A stretch of 62,716 bases of DNA, filler included, from Basidiobolus ranarum (lineage: Eukaryota): the NCBI GenBank assembly GCA_040143965.1. It is 16 parts of 16 records of this genome, joined end to end, with 100 filler letters (N's around TTAATTAATTAA, not from the genome) between each part and the next. Parts side by side here need not be neighbours in the genome. Positions count along the whole stretch, not along the records: positions 23,595 to 27,422 come from JASJQH010009138.1; positions 27,523 to 31,349 come from JASJQH010009139.1; positions 31,450 to 35,273 come from JASJQH010009140.1; positions 35,374 to 39,196 come from JASJQH010009141.1; 12 more parts are not named here. One strand, given 5' to 3'. Of this stretch, positions 23,595-36,362 are shown in pieces. Below the pieces are notes generated by a model. That model was given only the letters and a program-made list of their open reading frames with translations. It was not told the origin of the DNA and made no database searches. Every line of letters starts with the position of its first letter. Position 1 is the stretch's first letter. The position numbers and the translations under genes were made by a program.

Positions 23595-26500
23595 AACATT
23601 TCACAAATGAAAATCATTGGTTTGTAGCTTATGAAGAAATCCCAACTAGAAAGGTTTTCATGGCAGATGACTGCACATTGGATGCTATTGAAATGGGAAC
23701 AATTCAAGTCAATTTAACTGGAGCTTCTTAAGAGAAAGTATATACTTTTAAGGATGTACTGCATGTTCCAGATATTGCCAAGGACTGAATATCTATATGC
23801 AAGGCCGCCTCAGAAGGGCTAAAATTCAATTGTGATAAGTCAGGCTACACCATCACTGTTCAAAATTGCAATTATTTAGCTTCAGGAGAAAAGGATCAGA
23901 ACTTATACAAACTGACCTATAATCCAAGAGATTTATGTGTTAATATAAGTTATTCCAATCAGAAACTATTCAATTATGGCATAAGAGATTTTGCCATAGT
24001 GGATTTGATTATATAAGCAAAATGATCAGAAATTGCCCAATTTCTGGAATTCAAATTAACCCCCCAGCCAAAATTGAAATTTGTGAGGGTTGTATACATG
24101 GAAAACAAGCCAGGCAACTGTTCAAGAGCCCTGGTTTGATCAAATCTGTCAAAAAATTGGATCTAATTCATTCGCATTTGTGTGGACCTATGCAAAATTT
24201 ATCCTTAGCAGAAAAAGATTTTTAATCCCATCTATTGATGATTATACAACATACACTTGGGTCTACTTTATGAAAAGAAAAGAAGAAGCACTCTCTATCT
24301 CTAGAGATTTTAAAACACTTGTGGAGACTGAAACTGCAACTAAAATCAAGAAAGTATGCACTGATAATGGTGGAGAATATACTTCAACACTATTTAAGCA
24401 CTTTTGCAAAGTTCATGGAATTAAGCAAAAAACTACTGCCCCCTATTCACCTCAACAAAATGGAGTTGCTCAAAGAGCTACCAGGACTATAATAGAAATG
24501 GCAAGATCTGTGATAAATGCACAAAATTTATCTCATAACTTTTGGGCAGAATGTGTTGCTACAGCTGTATATCTGAAGAATAGGAGCTTTACTATAAGTA
24601 TGTCTAACTCTACACCATATCAAGCTTGGTTTGGAGTTAAACCAGATGTAAAATATTTGAGGATCTTTGGATGCAATGCTTATGTCAAAATTATGACCAA
24701 AAATTGCTCTAAATTTGATCCAAAAAGTAAGAAATGCATATTTTGGGGTTATTGTACTCAAACTAAGGATTGCAGACTCTATGATACCAAAATTTCTAAG
24801 TTAATCAAGTCCAAGGATGTTTTGTTTAATGAAAATGAAACATTTTCACCAAAAATGACCTCAGTTGATGACAAAATGCAATTTTCTACTGATCCAATCA
24901 TTTAAGTTGATTCAAACCAAAACACTGAAGAAAATAGCATTCCTGTGGACACTTCAACCAAAATTCTGCCTACTTAAGTGCCCAATACAATGCCAGAAGT
25001 TGTAATACCTTTATCCCAAACCATGAGATCAAATCAGATCAGATATAGCCCTGATTACTGTTTCAATGAATCCCAAAATTGGGCCTATGCCTGCACAGCT
25101 CAAATACATGAACCCCAGAATATAAAAGAGGCCCTGAATGGCAATCAGACAAAATTTTGGAGATCTGCAATGGCTGATGAGTACCAGGATTTGATTGATA
25201 ATCAAGCTGTGATTTTAAACAACTTACCTGATGAAAGGAAATCAATTAGCTGCCAGTGGATGTTTAAAGTTGAATACAACTCTGATGGCAATATAGAAAG
25301 GTACAAGACTAGACTAGTAGCCAAGACTATTCCCAAGCACCAGGAATATATTATACAGAAACTTTTGCTCCTGTAGCAAAGTTTAATTCAATTGGATTGA
25401 CTTAAGCAATTTCAGCTAAACATCAGCTTATTATACATCATATGGATGTTAAAACAGCCTTTTTGAATGGTGCACTTGCTGAGGAGATCTATATGGACCA
25501 GCCAGATTGATTTATGGACCCAGAAAACCCTACAAAAGTTTGCAGATTCAGGAAAATACTTGGAATAGCAAGCTAGATGCTTTTTTAGAAACACTCAAAT
25601 TCCAAAAGAGTAGAGCTGACTATGGTATCTACTTCAGGCAAGATAAGACAACCCCAGCTTTATTAGACTTATATGTAGATGACTGTATTATAGCAACCAA
25701 TGACTTGAAGACTTTGGAGAAAACCAAATCCAGCTTATCTGCCAAATTCAAAATGACTGATCTTGGTGAACTGACATACTATTTTGGAATCCAAATTAAG
25801 ATAGATAGAGCTACCAAAATGATAACTTTAAACCGGTCTAAGTATATCCTAGATATACTAAAGAAGTTTAAAATGGAAGAATGTAATCCAGTATCTACCC
25901 CAATGGAGACAAATCTTAACTTGACCAAAAATGGCTCAAATCAGATGTTCTTGGATTCAAATGAAAGCCAGAAATTTCCTTACCAATCTATGGTTGGTAG
26001 TTTGATGTATATCAAGGTTGAAACATGGCCAGATATTGCATATTCTGTGACAGTTATGTGCCAATATCATCAAAATTATGGATCTGATCAAATCATAGCA
26101 GTTAAGCGGAATTCCAGATATTTGAAAGGTACTGTGGATCTATGATTAAAATGCACATATTCTGGATCAAACTTTGATTGGATGGGATATTCGGATGCAA
26201 ATTGGAGAAGAGATATAGAAGACAGGAGATCTATAGCAGGATATTTATTTCATTGCTGTAATGGAGCAATTTCTTGGAATTCAAAGAAACAACCTACCAT
26301 AGCACTTTCAACAATGGAGGCTGCATATATGGCTGCCTGTGAAGCAACAAAAGAAGCAATAAGGTTAAGAAGACACTTAACAGATTTTGGTTATTCTCAA
26401 AATTCACCAACTACAATACTTCAAGATAATCCTAGTTGTATCAAATTAGCTAAAAATCCCACGTTTCATAATAGAAGCAAACAAATAGATATTAAGCATC

Positions 26501-26652
26501 ACTTCATTAGAGAGACTACAGAGAATAAGTTTGTTGACTTAACTTATTGTTCTACAGAAGATATGATTGCTGATATATTAACCAAACCAATAGCTAGACT
26601 GAAATTTGAGAAATTTAGACCTTTATTAGGATTAGTTTACATGCCTATTTAG
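23595..26652 (+). mobile_element. Ty1/copia pol (protease to RNase H), the best-preserved copy but with stops and frameshifts
   Basis: CEGCIHGKQ, TDNGGEY, PYSPQQNGVA, LYVDD, GYSDANW, SKQIDIKHHFIRE, ADILTKP. Confidence 0.95.
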
Positions 26653-26663
26653 TTGAGGGAAAA

Positions 26664-27008
26664 TGTTGAAATTAGCATTGCCTAAACATCTATATAGTCA
26701 TATATAACTCAGTACTTAGTTATCTCATAACTCACTAAGATATTATCAGTTATTCTCAATTGGAATTTACTTAGAATATTTTTACCAACTTGGAAATTCT
26801 CAGATATACAGATTTATCAAACTTGTGCTAGTAGCCCTGAACTTTGCACACATGTTCCTGGGACCTTCCTTAACACATTTTAGATGTTAGTTTGTTTACA
26901 TCTTGACAAAACTATAAATGCCAACTTTCTAATCAAGAAATCAATGAGTGAAAACAACCAATTCCTCTAATTTTCCAAACCACTTCCAACAGGCTCCCAT
27001 ATACTTTA
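26664..27008 (+). mobile_element. 3' LTR (family 1) after polypurine tract GAGGGAAAA
   Basis: TGTTGAAATTAGC directly after the pol stop and purine tract; the last 3 bases are replaced by the CACTA-like terminus. Confidence 0.9.
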
Positions 27009-27422
27009 CCCTAGCAGAAATTTGAGGATTGTTATTATAGAAAACTGTCACAATTTTAATCCATTTGGGATTGACCATTTACTTACCATCATAAAATTGT
27101 CAAGTTAGATTTGATTTTAATCAATTTTTTTGGTTTCAGGAGTGAAATTTCAAGATCTCACAAAATAGTTGGGCATGATTGGCTACAATCTCTGAGAACT
27201 ATGGATCAACACATGTGCAAAAAACATAACTCAAGTTTTACACAATTACCACTTGAATGCTAATCTGTCACCTTTGAAATCCCTAGTCTCTTTGATGTAT
27301 TCTCCTGAATATTTTTATAGAGTTCTTCATATCCAAGGTTTATCTCATACCCAACACAAGTTTGTATCTATATCTCCATCTAAGGCCACCATTGTATTGA
27401 CATTGTTGAATCAACATTCTTC
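27009..27422 (-). mobile_element. CACTA-like terminus copy
   Basis: CCCTAGCAGAAATTTGAGGATTG...; reverse complement of about 8520-8935. Confidence 0.78.
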
Positions 27423-27699
27423 NNNNNNNNNNNNNNNNNNNNNNNNNNNNNNNNNNNNNNNNNNNNTTAATTAATTAANNNNNNNNNNNNNNNNNNNNNN
27501 NNNNNNNNNNNNNNNNNNNNNNGATCCAAATAGGGTCCACCCTCCAAAAGAGCATATCCTTCAGAGAACCATCACAAGATTGGTGGCTGGCATTCTAACA
27601 GGGATTTTGATGGTGTGATGGTGGTTTCTTGATGGTATTTTGACAGTATTCATACATGTTAAAATATTGATCCTCAAATTTGGCATGCTTTATTCAATA

Positions 27700-30420
27700 T
27701 TCAGCAATTTTTGCCAAACATAATTTTCAAATGGCAAATTACTGGGTTTACTACTATAGGAATTTGAATTAATATGCATGCCTTTATTTAGATATTTTAG
27801 GCTTTGTATTCCAGCCATAATGAGTATCAAAAAATATACAAATCTTGTTGTATTTAGTCTCTACTACTTGGCTTGCATTATTTAATTTCCATCAATCTTT
27901 CCAAAATCTAATAATTGAATGGCAAATTACTGGGTTTACTGCTGTCATAATTCATATTAATCTGCATGCCTTTGTTTTGATATTTTAGGCTTTATATTCC
28001 ATCCATAATGAGGATCAAAAAATACCAGAAGCTCATTGTGTTTAGTCTCTACATATGCACTTACTTGCCTGATCAGACATCACTCAACAACATCAATATG
28101 CTTTACCAGCAAACTAACAGTGGAAAAATTGCTAAACATCTGAGATTTTGAATAGCACTGACACTTGGCAAAGAGCTGACTCTTGTTACTATTCACAATG
28201 AGAATAAGCACTTGGGTTTTGGCATATTTCTGTCAAGAATTCAGCCAATGTATCCCCAACTTGCAGTCAGCAAATGTCCAGACACAAGTAGATGTGTCAT
28301 TGCTGGAATAGGTTACCCCATGGCTGAAACAATAATATTATATATCTTGATCTATCTCACCAAGAAGTCTGTCTTGCAGCTTTGCTAAAAATACCATCAG
28401 ATTATCACACAAGCAAATTAATCCAATTATAGAGGTACTTACTCTGTGTCCATGGATTGGGCTTTGTTGCTATTATTATGCTCAAACAATGCAAAAACCC
28501 ATGAGCACATTGAAAAGAGCCCTTTGTTGGCAGGTTAGTATACTCTGGAGTCTCCTTAACCCAATCCATAACATCCATCACTGATTTTGTTGATACATTG
28601 TTAATCAGATTAGCATGGACTAAAACTCACAATTTCATACAGAGCATCATTTCACCGCAGGTGCACTCCATTGGGAACTGCCAGAATGTATAGCAAGGGC
28701 CTATAATCTCTAAGCACTGTGAAAGATGTAGCAGGGAATGTATTGAATACTGGCATAGATTCAGTTAATCTTCTTTAAAGCTGTAATAAAGTGTTTCATA
28801 CCCAATTACAAAATTTTTGAATAGTTGCTATATCTACCTAACATCTGCCAATGTGAGTTGATGCTATAAGAGTATATTAACAATACTGACAAACAACTCC
28901 CTTTGTTGCCAATACTTAGCAGGCAGAAATCTTTTCAAAATTCCACTTGAATTTGTATAATTCCAATACCTCCAGTTTTTGCATTAAAGTAAACACCCAG
29001 GTGAGTGATATTGATGGGAGTTCTGGTAAAATATGATGGTATCTTGATGTTTTCAAGCTTTTTCCCAATTGATTCACACTTTGATCCTATTTCAAGTGGC
29101 TCATTCATATTGAATTTTCCACTATATAGCTTAGTAAGTAGTATCAGAATGATGTTGAAAAGTAAGTGCATAGTGCCTAATGGGAAGCTCTGGCTCCAGC
29201 TGATCCCCTTTAGCAATATAATCTTAGGCCTATGGCCAATACAAAGTTTGTTGTTAGACTGACTATTTGGTGAATTGATATCAGTGATCATATTGAAATC
29301 TGACCAGGCTCTTAACAATAAAATCAAGGAGTTTAGTGTTATATTTGGATAGTAATAATGTCAATACCTGATAGAGTAAACTCCATTGATTTGACAGAAT
29401 CTACAGCAAGATAGTGCATTGTGCCCACAAACCTGCATGTTTACTGATGGCAGGAGTGTCAGCAATACATACAATGATGTTAGCTTTAATAAAATATTCA
29501 CCCATCTGAACCCCATTAGATAACCGTTCAAATTTCACAATCAAAGGCTGCAAGAAGCTATCTATAAGCACCAGTGATTTAGGTCCAGATATGATGGGTA
29601 GTATCAAAATATGATGACTCTTAAACCATTCAGAAGGAGAAAGACTTAAGTTAATTAAAATTATTGGCTAGCAAGCCTTTCCAATGGTATATGTGTTTAG
29701 TGAGAAACCATCCAGAGCCAATGCAAATGTATAATCATACATGTTCTCAAAAAAACCTTGACTTTTTAGATTCTGGTAGTGATATCCATCAATTATATTA
29801 GTAATACCATCAGCTTTATGGTGAGTACTTTGGTATTGGATCAATGATCTATATTTGGGTGATTTCATCCAAACTTTAAGACAAGGAATCAATGGTATGT
29901 AAGCCAAATGTGAACAATGTTTACCTGATTCAATTATTGCCAATTGTGTGCAAACAGAACATGACTGCAGGTTTTTCAGATCACTGGTGAAAGCCAAACA
30001 ACCATTTGAACATGAAGGTAGTTTAATTACTCAAGGATTGTAAGTCATACAATTGACAAGTGTTTTCCACTTGTACCAGGTCTGTGGCAAACAACAGTTG
30101 CTAATCAACTTTGGTAAAAGGGTAAGAAAAACAATAAACACCTGGTTGCTAAGATTGGATTGAACTCTCCACTCCTCAAAAATCCAAGCTGCTTCCTTTA
30201 CAATAAGTGTTATGAGTGCACTAATGTTTGTTAATAACTGAGAGACCATAACAAAACTGTCATCTTCTTCTTCAACTTCTGATATAATACCATTGGTACT
30301 GGATTAACTGAGGTCAACACCTAGCAGCAAGTCCTCAAAGTTGTCTGGACTTACTGGTTCAACCAAATTTGCATTTTGACCTACATCATTCTGGCCATAT
30401 TACTCTGGTAACTTCACAGT
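27700..30420 (-). mobile_element. CACTA/EnSpm (Tnp2-family) transposase pseudogene
   Basis: AYIPLIP, NIIDGYHY, FALALDGF, IISGPK..IDSFLQPLI, CIADTPAISK and FPLGTMHLLF in the order expected for Tnp2 transposases. Confidence 0.82.
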
Positions 30421-30479
30421 ATCTTGACTTTTGGCAGTGTTACCAAAACTTTGAGGCAAGCTACAGTCAGTGGGCTCAA

Positions 30480-31055
30480 TGGGCAAAACTAAAGTTGATT
30501 TAGTGTACATATTACTGTTGTTATACACCAGGCTTTGTGCAGCTGGTAGCTTTGTACAGTGACCGTGCTTATGATTATTTTTTCTATGAAGCCTCCGGCT
30601 TTCATAGCACAAGAATTTATGACAATAATAGCAGGGCTTCTTTTAACATTTGTGTTGCAGCATGAGAAGGATATTGGAGAAAAAAGAACACCTCCCACAT
30701 AAGGGTGGTATTTTAGGTATAGCCCATCAATATCATCAGCTGATTCTGAGATGGTGTCACAGATGAGTCTTCAGGGGATTTACAAGATATTTACACTAAT
30801 GGATGGCAATTTTGGTTTATTATAAGCTGTTTATAAGCAATTTCATTTCACCAAGTTTACCATCTGAAAATATCAATGCCATTCAAAAAGTGATCAAAAT
30901 CTAAGTCAAAATTGGCTTCCAAGCCAAAGCCTGCTGGACACAAAAGGAAAAAAACCAGCAAGAACAGAGGGCTTAATTGATGAGCAGTCTGGTGATCCAC
31001 TATCCACTTTGGAAGGCATTAACATGCTGGAAACTAACTCAAGTAATGATGAAGT
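30480..31055 (+). mobile_element. Central region of the CACTA-like element and start of the divergent second ORF
   Basis: Matches 11110-11650; encodes TKGKKPARTE. Confidence 0.7.
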
Positions 31056-31349
31056 TGTTGAAATTAGCATTGCCTAAACATTTATATAGTCATATATAGC
31101 TTAGTACTTAGTTATCTTATAACTCACTAAGATATTATCAATTATTCTCAATTGGAATTTACTTGGAATATTTTCACCAACTTAGAAGTTCTCAAATATA
31201 TAGATTTTTCAAACTTGTGCTAGAAGCCCCAAACTTTCCACACATGTTCCTGGGACCTTCCTTAGCATATTTGTACACGTTAGTTTGCTTACATCTTGAC
31301 AAAACTAGAAATGTCAACTTTCTATTCAATAAATCAATGAGTGAAAACC
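31056..31349 (+). mobile_element. Family-1 LTR inserted in the CACTA-like element, cut by the contig end
   Basis: TGTTGAAATTAGCATTGCC start; the homologous 11650 region continues without it. Confidence 0.88.
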
Positions 31350-32419
31350 NNNNNNNNNNNNNNNNNNNNNNNNNNNNNNNNNNNNNNNNNNNNTTAATTA
31401 ATTAANNNNNNNNNNNNNNNNNNNNNNNNNNNNNNNNNNNNNNNNNNNNTAAATATTGATTATTTAGTAGAGTTATGGTGACAACTACCCTTCATTAGCC
31501 TTATTTATACTATGTCGGATGACAAATATTTCGGAAACTTCTACGTTCATTCTCCACCTGGTTCAGCTGTTCAAACCTTCTTACTTTTCCTATAGAATGT
31601 TATGGAATACAGCCAACACCATATTTGCTGACAAATCCAAACTAACCTTAAATATCTCTACGCATTCTGGTAATGTTTACCCTCATATCTTATCTAATTC
31701 TATAATTGGTTTATCATAGTACAATAGTCTGTAATATAAAGAAAATCTACGTGATGATTGGCTCAAAGATGAGGCTTATGTCTGACCTTTTATCTCCAAA
31801 ACTAATTGCCATTTCTCAAAGTCGAACAAGATTCAGAAAAAAGTGTTAAGGATTAGGGTTACATGGTTATAATTCACCTTAGCAACGTAATTACGACTCT
31901 AAATCGTTAATCGAGATCTCAAAAGTGGGATATATTATAATTATAATTGTTCATTTGCATTATCTTATTGAACACCTTAGATTGACAGTAACACTGCAGT
32001 TTGGTGGACAGGATATGAAAATCACAATCAAGGCCTTCCCCGACTATTCTCGAAGTATCTTGTGCCAGGTTCTAAGTACTAGCATCCATTACTACGAAGT
32101 CAAGAGGTTGGTCTATATACCCAGCGCACAAACATATTGGATGAGAACACTTCCATCTTATCTTTTAGATACCACATTTAAACTACACTGAACAAGTAGT
32201 CCATTCGCGACTAGTATTCAAAGAGAGCAGTGCTATTTACTAGATGCAAGTGTAATACATAACACAAAGAGAAAAATTGTGTATATATTCTTCAATCTTC
32301 ACATTAATATATCTGTAGAGCAGCTTTGACAATATGTTTTGAGGCTGTATTCAATACTTTTGGGAGATACATCAGCTACAAACACAAGTTGATATATTCT
32401 ACATGTTTTTTTGTGTACC

Positions 32420-32531
32420 ACTTGATAAAACTATAAATGAAGACTTTCTACTCGTAAGTTCCTAAGTGAAAACCAGCAATTGTTTCTAGTTCTCCAAACC
32501 ACTTCCAACAGCTCCCAAAATACTTCAACAA
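32420..32531 (+). mobile_element. Family-1 LTR 3' fragment
   Basis: CTCCAAACCACTTCCAACAG...TACTTCAACA. Confidence 0.7.
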
Positions 32532-33039
32532 TTTGAACATCAAATAGGACATGAACAGTAATAGTGAAAACAGCCATATATGTTACTAGCAAAGGCAAAT
32601 TTCATGAAATGTGCGCTCAAAACTGCTTACCAGATAGTGCTGAATACAGATATATACTGCACCACAAAAAGTGGTGGAATCACTTTCGCAATATCAAAGA
32701 CTGTTGTTTAAACTCCGATTAGGCTATATGACGACTATTAAGTCGAATTGTGGAGTGAAGGTAGAGATACAAAAAAACCAATTAGCTATGAGTACTAATG
32801 TTGGCTCCCGACCCTAGATAATATTAAGTATTTGGATTACATTGTCCAAGATATTATTGCTTAATGTGTACTTAGGGTCATGTGCATATCAAATGAATAC
32901 TAACCTTAACTATTCCCAGTCTTTTGGCATTTATGTGCTTTATACTAAATTCGAGGGGGTGCCCTAGTAGAAACCCTCTACTGACCAACAAATAGAAGGC
33001 GAAGATTTTATATAGAAGTTGTGGAGTGGAGGGCGGTAC

Positions 33040-33190
33040 TTATTGAGTCTCTTTGACCTACATTTTCACTATTTGACCTGAGCTTGTTACCAGAATTTGT
33101 AATAATATGACTTCTTATTGAGTCTCTTTGACTTGCATTTTAAATGGTTGACCTGAGCTTGTTACCAGAATTCGTAATAATATGATTTCT
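33040..33190. repeat. Imperfect tandem duplication, unit about 75 bp
   Basis: TTATTGAGTCTCTTTGAC...TTGACCTGAGCTTGTTACCAGAATT occurs twice. Confidence 0.85.
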
Positions 33191-33961
33191 ACTTATTCCC
33201 ATATCCGGGTAGTACTAAGATTGAAGTACATCGGGGCCAAGGGAATGTAGTACAGAGACAATTCTATCTCGTCGGGGCTGAAGAATGCTAGGATAAACCT
33301 GACTAAAATACCCAGGTTGGCCCAAATTGTTCCCAACATTTATCAATTGTTGAGCTGAATATAGACCAAGATAAAGCCCAACAAAAGTACTAACTAAATA
33401 AATTATAAAACACTGAGTGACCGTATCTTTGGTGGTGGTAATACTAATTATAATTTTCATCTTCTCACACACCTAAAACACACTCAATGAAGTCTTTGCG
33501 ATATCCATTGTTAGATCACCATTGTGATGGCTTAAAAGGTGCATACAGATATACCGGCCTCTAATACTCAAGTCCATAGCCAAGTTTTTATATTTGCGCC
33601 TTGTATTTTATCGGTTCTTGAAGCTTAATAGTAAATCTCTATGAAAGCAGCTTTCCATTTGAGAAAAAGCAGAGCCTTGTGTGTATCGATCTAATTTAAG
33701 CGTACCCAGGGCATTATGAAGCAGGTACAGAGCTGGCTTCTTCAAACGAAGTTGACAGTGGTGCGAGAGATATATGAATAATCTTTATCTATAATATGAT
33801 TGTCCCAAGTAGCACTTTCTAAGAACCACCTTTGCATCCGGTTTAATATAGTTCCTAGAGAGATTTTGGTCGTAAGTTTTGGATAGGATTACCAAGGTCT
33901 TGATACATAAGTGGCAAGTTTACAACTAAAATCATCAAAAACCTTCATAGCTTATATATCA

Positions 33962-35182
33962 ATGACAAAACGTTGGGTCTCCATTCTTGTGGTTTTTACA
34001 GCTTCCCTGCTTCTAGTTCAAGCTCTACCAACCAAGGGAAATGCATACGTGGAAATTGACCGCTCCTTCCGAAGCGAACTAGCACGACATTCTATCTACA
34101 GTAGCATAGCTTACTGTGAGCAACTAAAGAAGGAAAAATGCTGGCCCACAAATCAAGCGGAGCTTCGTCCTAATGCTTTTGTTGCATGCTGTCCTAATAA
34201 ACCAGCAGACTTAGTTATTACATCACACTTCAAGTCTTCCAAATATGGTCTGTATGGTTATATTGGGTATAGTAATCTGCACAAGGAGGTCGTTTTTGCG
34301 TTCAAAGGGTGAGTGTGCTGGACATAGTTTGTTTGTCAAAGTAACTGGAGATAATTCTTATTTTTACGTTTAGCACTGATAAAGATATGAGCATCATCAC
34401 TGATATAATGCGATTCCAGATGGAGTACCCATATCCGAATTTACCCAATTCTTGGCTTGATAAACTAGAGTATGTAATTGAGTCATACATGTTTGGAGGA
34501 GTTGAGGTGCATTCTGGATTTCTGAAAGCATTCCTACAAATCCGAGATATTGCGTATGAGCGACTGGAAGAGTTGGCACTGATGTTGAAGCCTTTAGGAA
34601 AAGATTACAAGCTGATTATTACCGGGCACTCTATGGTGAGCAAAGTTTAAAATGCAACTTCTTGGTTTATTTCTTGTTTGGGGCTAACAAAACTCATAGG
34701 GCGGCGCCGTAGCAACTATTGCTGCTATGGAACTGAAGCGACTATACATTAACCCCAACCTTAAAGATGTACTTACGCCAGTAAAGTCATTGATTCCCAG
34801 ATCTAGTATATTCCTGCATACTTTTGGGGCTCCACGCCCAGGATAAACAGACTTTACTTACTTGGTGTATAATACATTTAAAGATAACTCACCAAATATA
34901 AATATTGCTCGGGTGACAAACTATAAAGACCCAGTGGTTGGAAGTAATCCAAAGTGGCTAAATTCTATGCACAATCCTCGAGAAATCTATCTGAATGAGA
35001 AAGGACTTGCCGTATACTGCCATGATGTTAATGGACTAAAGCTTACCGAAGACCCTAATTGCAATATTGGAACTGTTACATCACCATTAATAGATACAGT
35101 TCTGGGTCTGACTACAATTGACGAGGAATTGGTTAAAGCACATAACATTGAGGAATATCACCGTATCTTAACCATTTCCTGA
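33962..35182 (+). pseudogene. Secreted class 3 lipase with one in-frame TAA (34844-34846); exons 33962-34308, 34374-34635, 34700-35182 (3' end uncertain)
   Basis: Signal peptide; spliced FKGT, VHSGF, TGHSMGG nucleophile elbow, HTFGAPRPG*, RVTNYKDPV. Confidence 0.85.
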
Positions 35183-35373
35183 TAAACTCTATGTTGCTAA
35201 CTTACCGTAATATCTATCTTACACATGCTTTGAAGTGCTCTAGCTTTATAATTATCATTATATAGCCTGTATANNNNNNNNNNNNNNNNNNNNNNNNNNN
35301 NNNNNNNNNNNNNNNNNTTAATTAATTAANNNNNNNNNNNNNNNNNNNNNNNNNNNNNNNNNNNNNNNNNNNN

Positions 35374-35469
35374 AAATGTCAACTTTCTACTCAATAAATC
35401 AATAAGTGAAAACCACCAATTCCTCTAATTCTCCAAACCACTTCCAACAGGCTCCCAAATACTTTAACA
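35374..35469 (+). mobile_element. Family-1 LTR 3' end at contig start
   Basis: Essentially identical to 51077-51171. Confidence 0.88.
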
Positions 35470-36362
35470 GCAATCATGTTTAATAATCCTCACTCACAAA
35501 TTTCGTAGTACCTAATAGGTCTTAGCGCGTTGATTTAGTAGCAACTCAATAGCACAGTTGCCTGGAAGTTTAAGACATTCGTTATCAATTGGAATGGAAC
35601 TGGCGATTCAATGATTTACCTCATCGGCACCTACATATCTTGGGTTAGATACTAACTTCTAAGTGATAAATCAGGGCTTGTTTAGTTAAAATGATATGCA
35701 ATCATCTGGTTGGGAATACAAATAAAGCAGAAGGATGCTGTTAGAGTTTCAGATTGATCAAATATCAAACAACCATAAAAACAGCCTTTAGGCCTGAGAC
35801 GAGTGTTCAGATTTTATATCTCTTTTGCGTATCAATGCTCTAAGTTACATGATGTGCGAGATCGAAATTACATGCAGTGATACGTTGGACTAAAGAGTTT
35901 ACTTAATCATATTGTTGCTTTGCAGTTAATTTCTGCGGTGATAAAGAAATCCTGCACATCTCACTGTTTTGTAAGTAGATATAATAATCTCCTAATAAGT
36001 CTGAATTACAAAAGTTAATAACAAATCTATCCAATGTTTCCATTTCAACAAATCAGGAAAGTTCTACAACCCTGAGGATCGACTATATATGTAAATATAA
36101 TTCAGGTTTAAATAGTGTCCCTATGGTAAGAAACTATTTCCGAAGATGCTGTTTTCTATTCCAAGGTATCAAAAGCTGAAATGATTCGAAGTGAATAAGT
36201 TCAAATTCTCATTACTATTTTATGAAGAGTATCGTTCAATTTATTTGAGTTTGCAGAGCGTAGCTTTGTCATAGATGACGAGTATGCATATTGCTACCAT
36301 TATGATTATGAACGAAATAGGGTACATTGAAATGATTGTAAGCAAACAGTGTTGTTCCAAAT

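Noticed and set aside
33215..33472. 85-aa hydrophobic ORF
   Set aside because: No recognisable motif, GTG start and no supporting gene signals.
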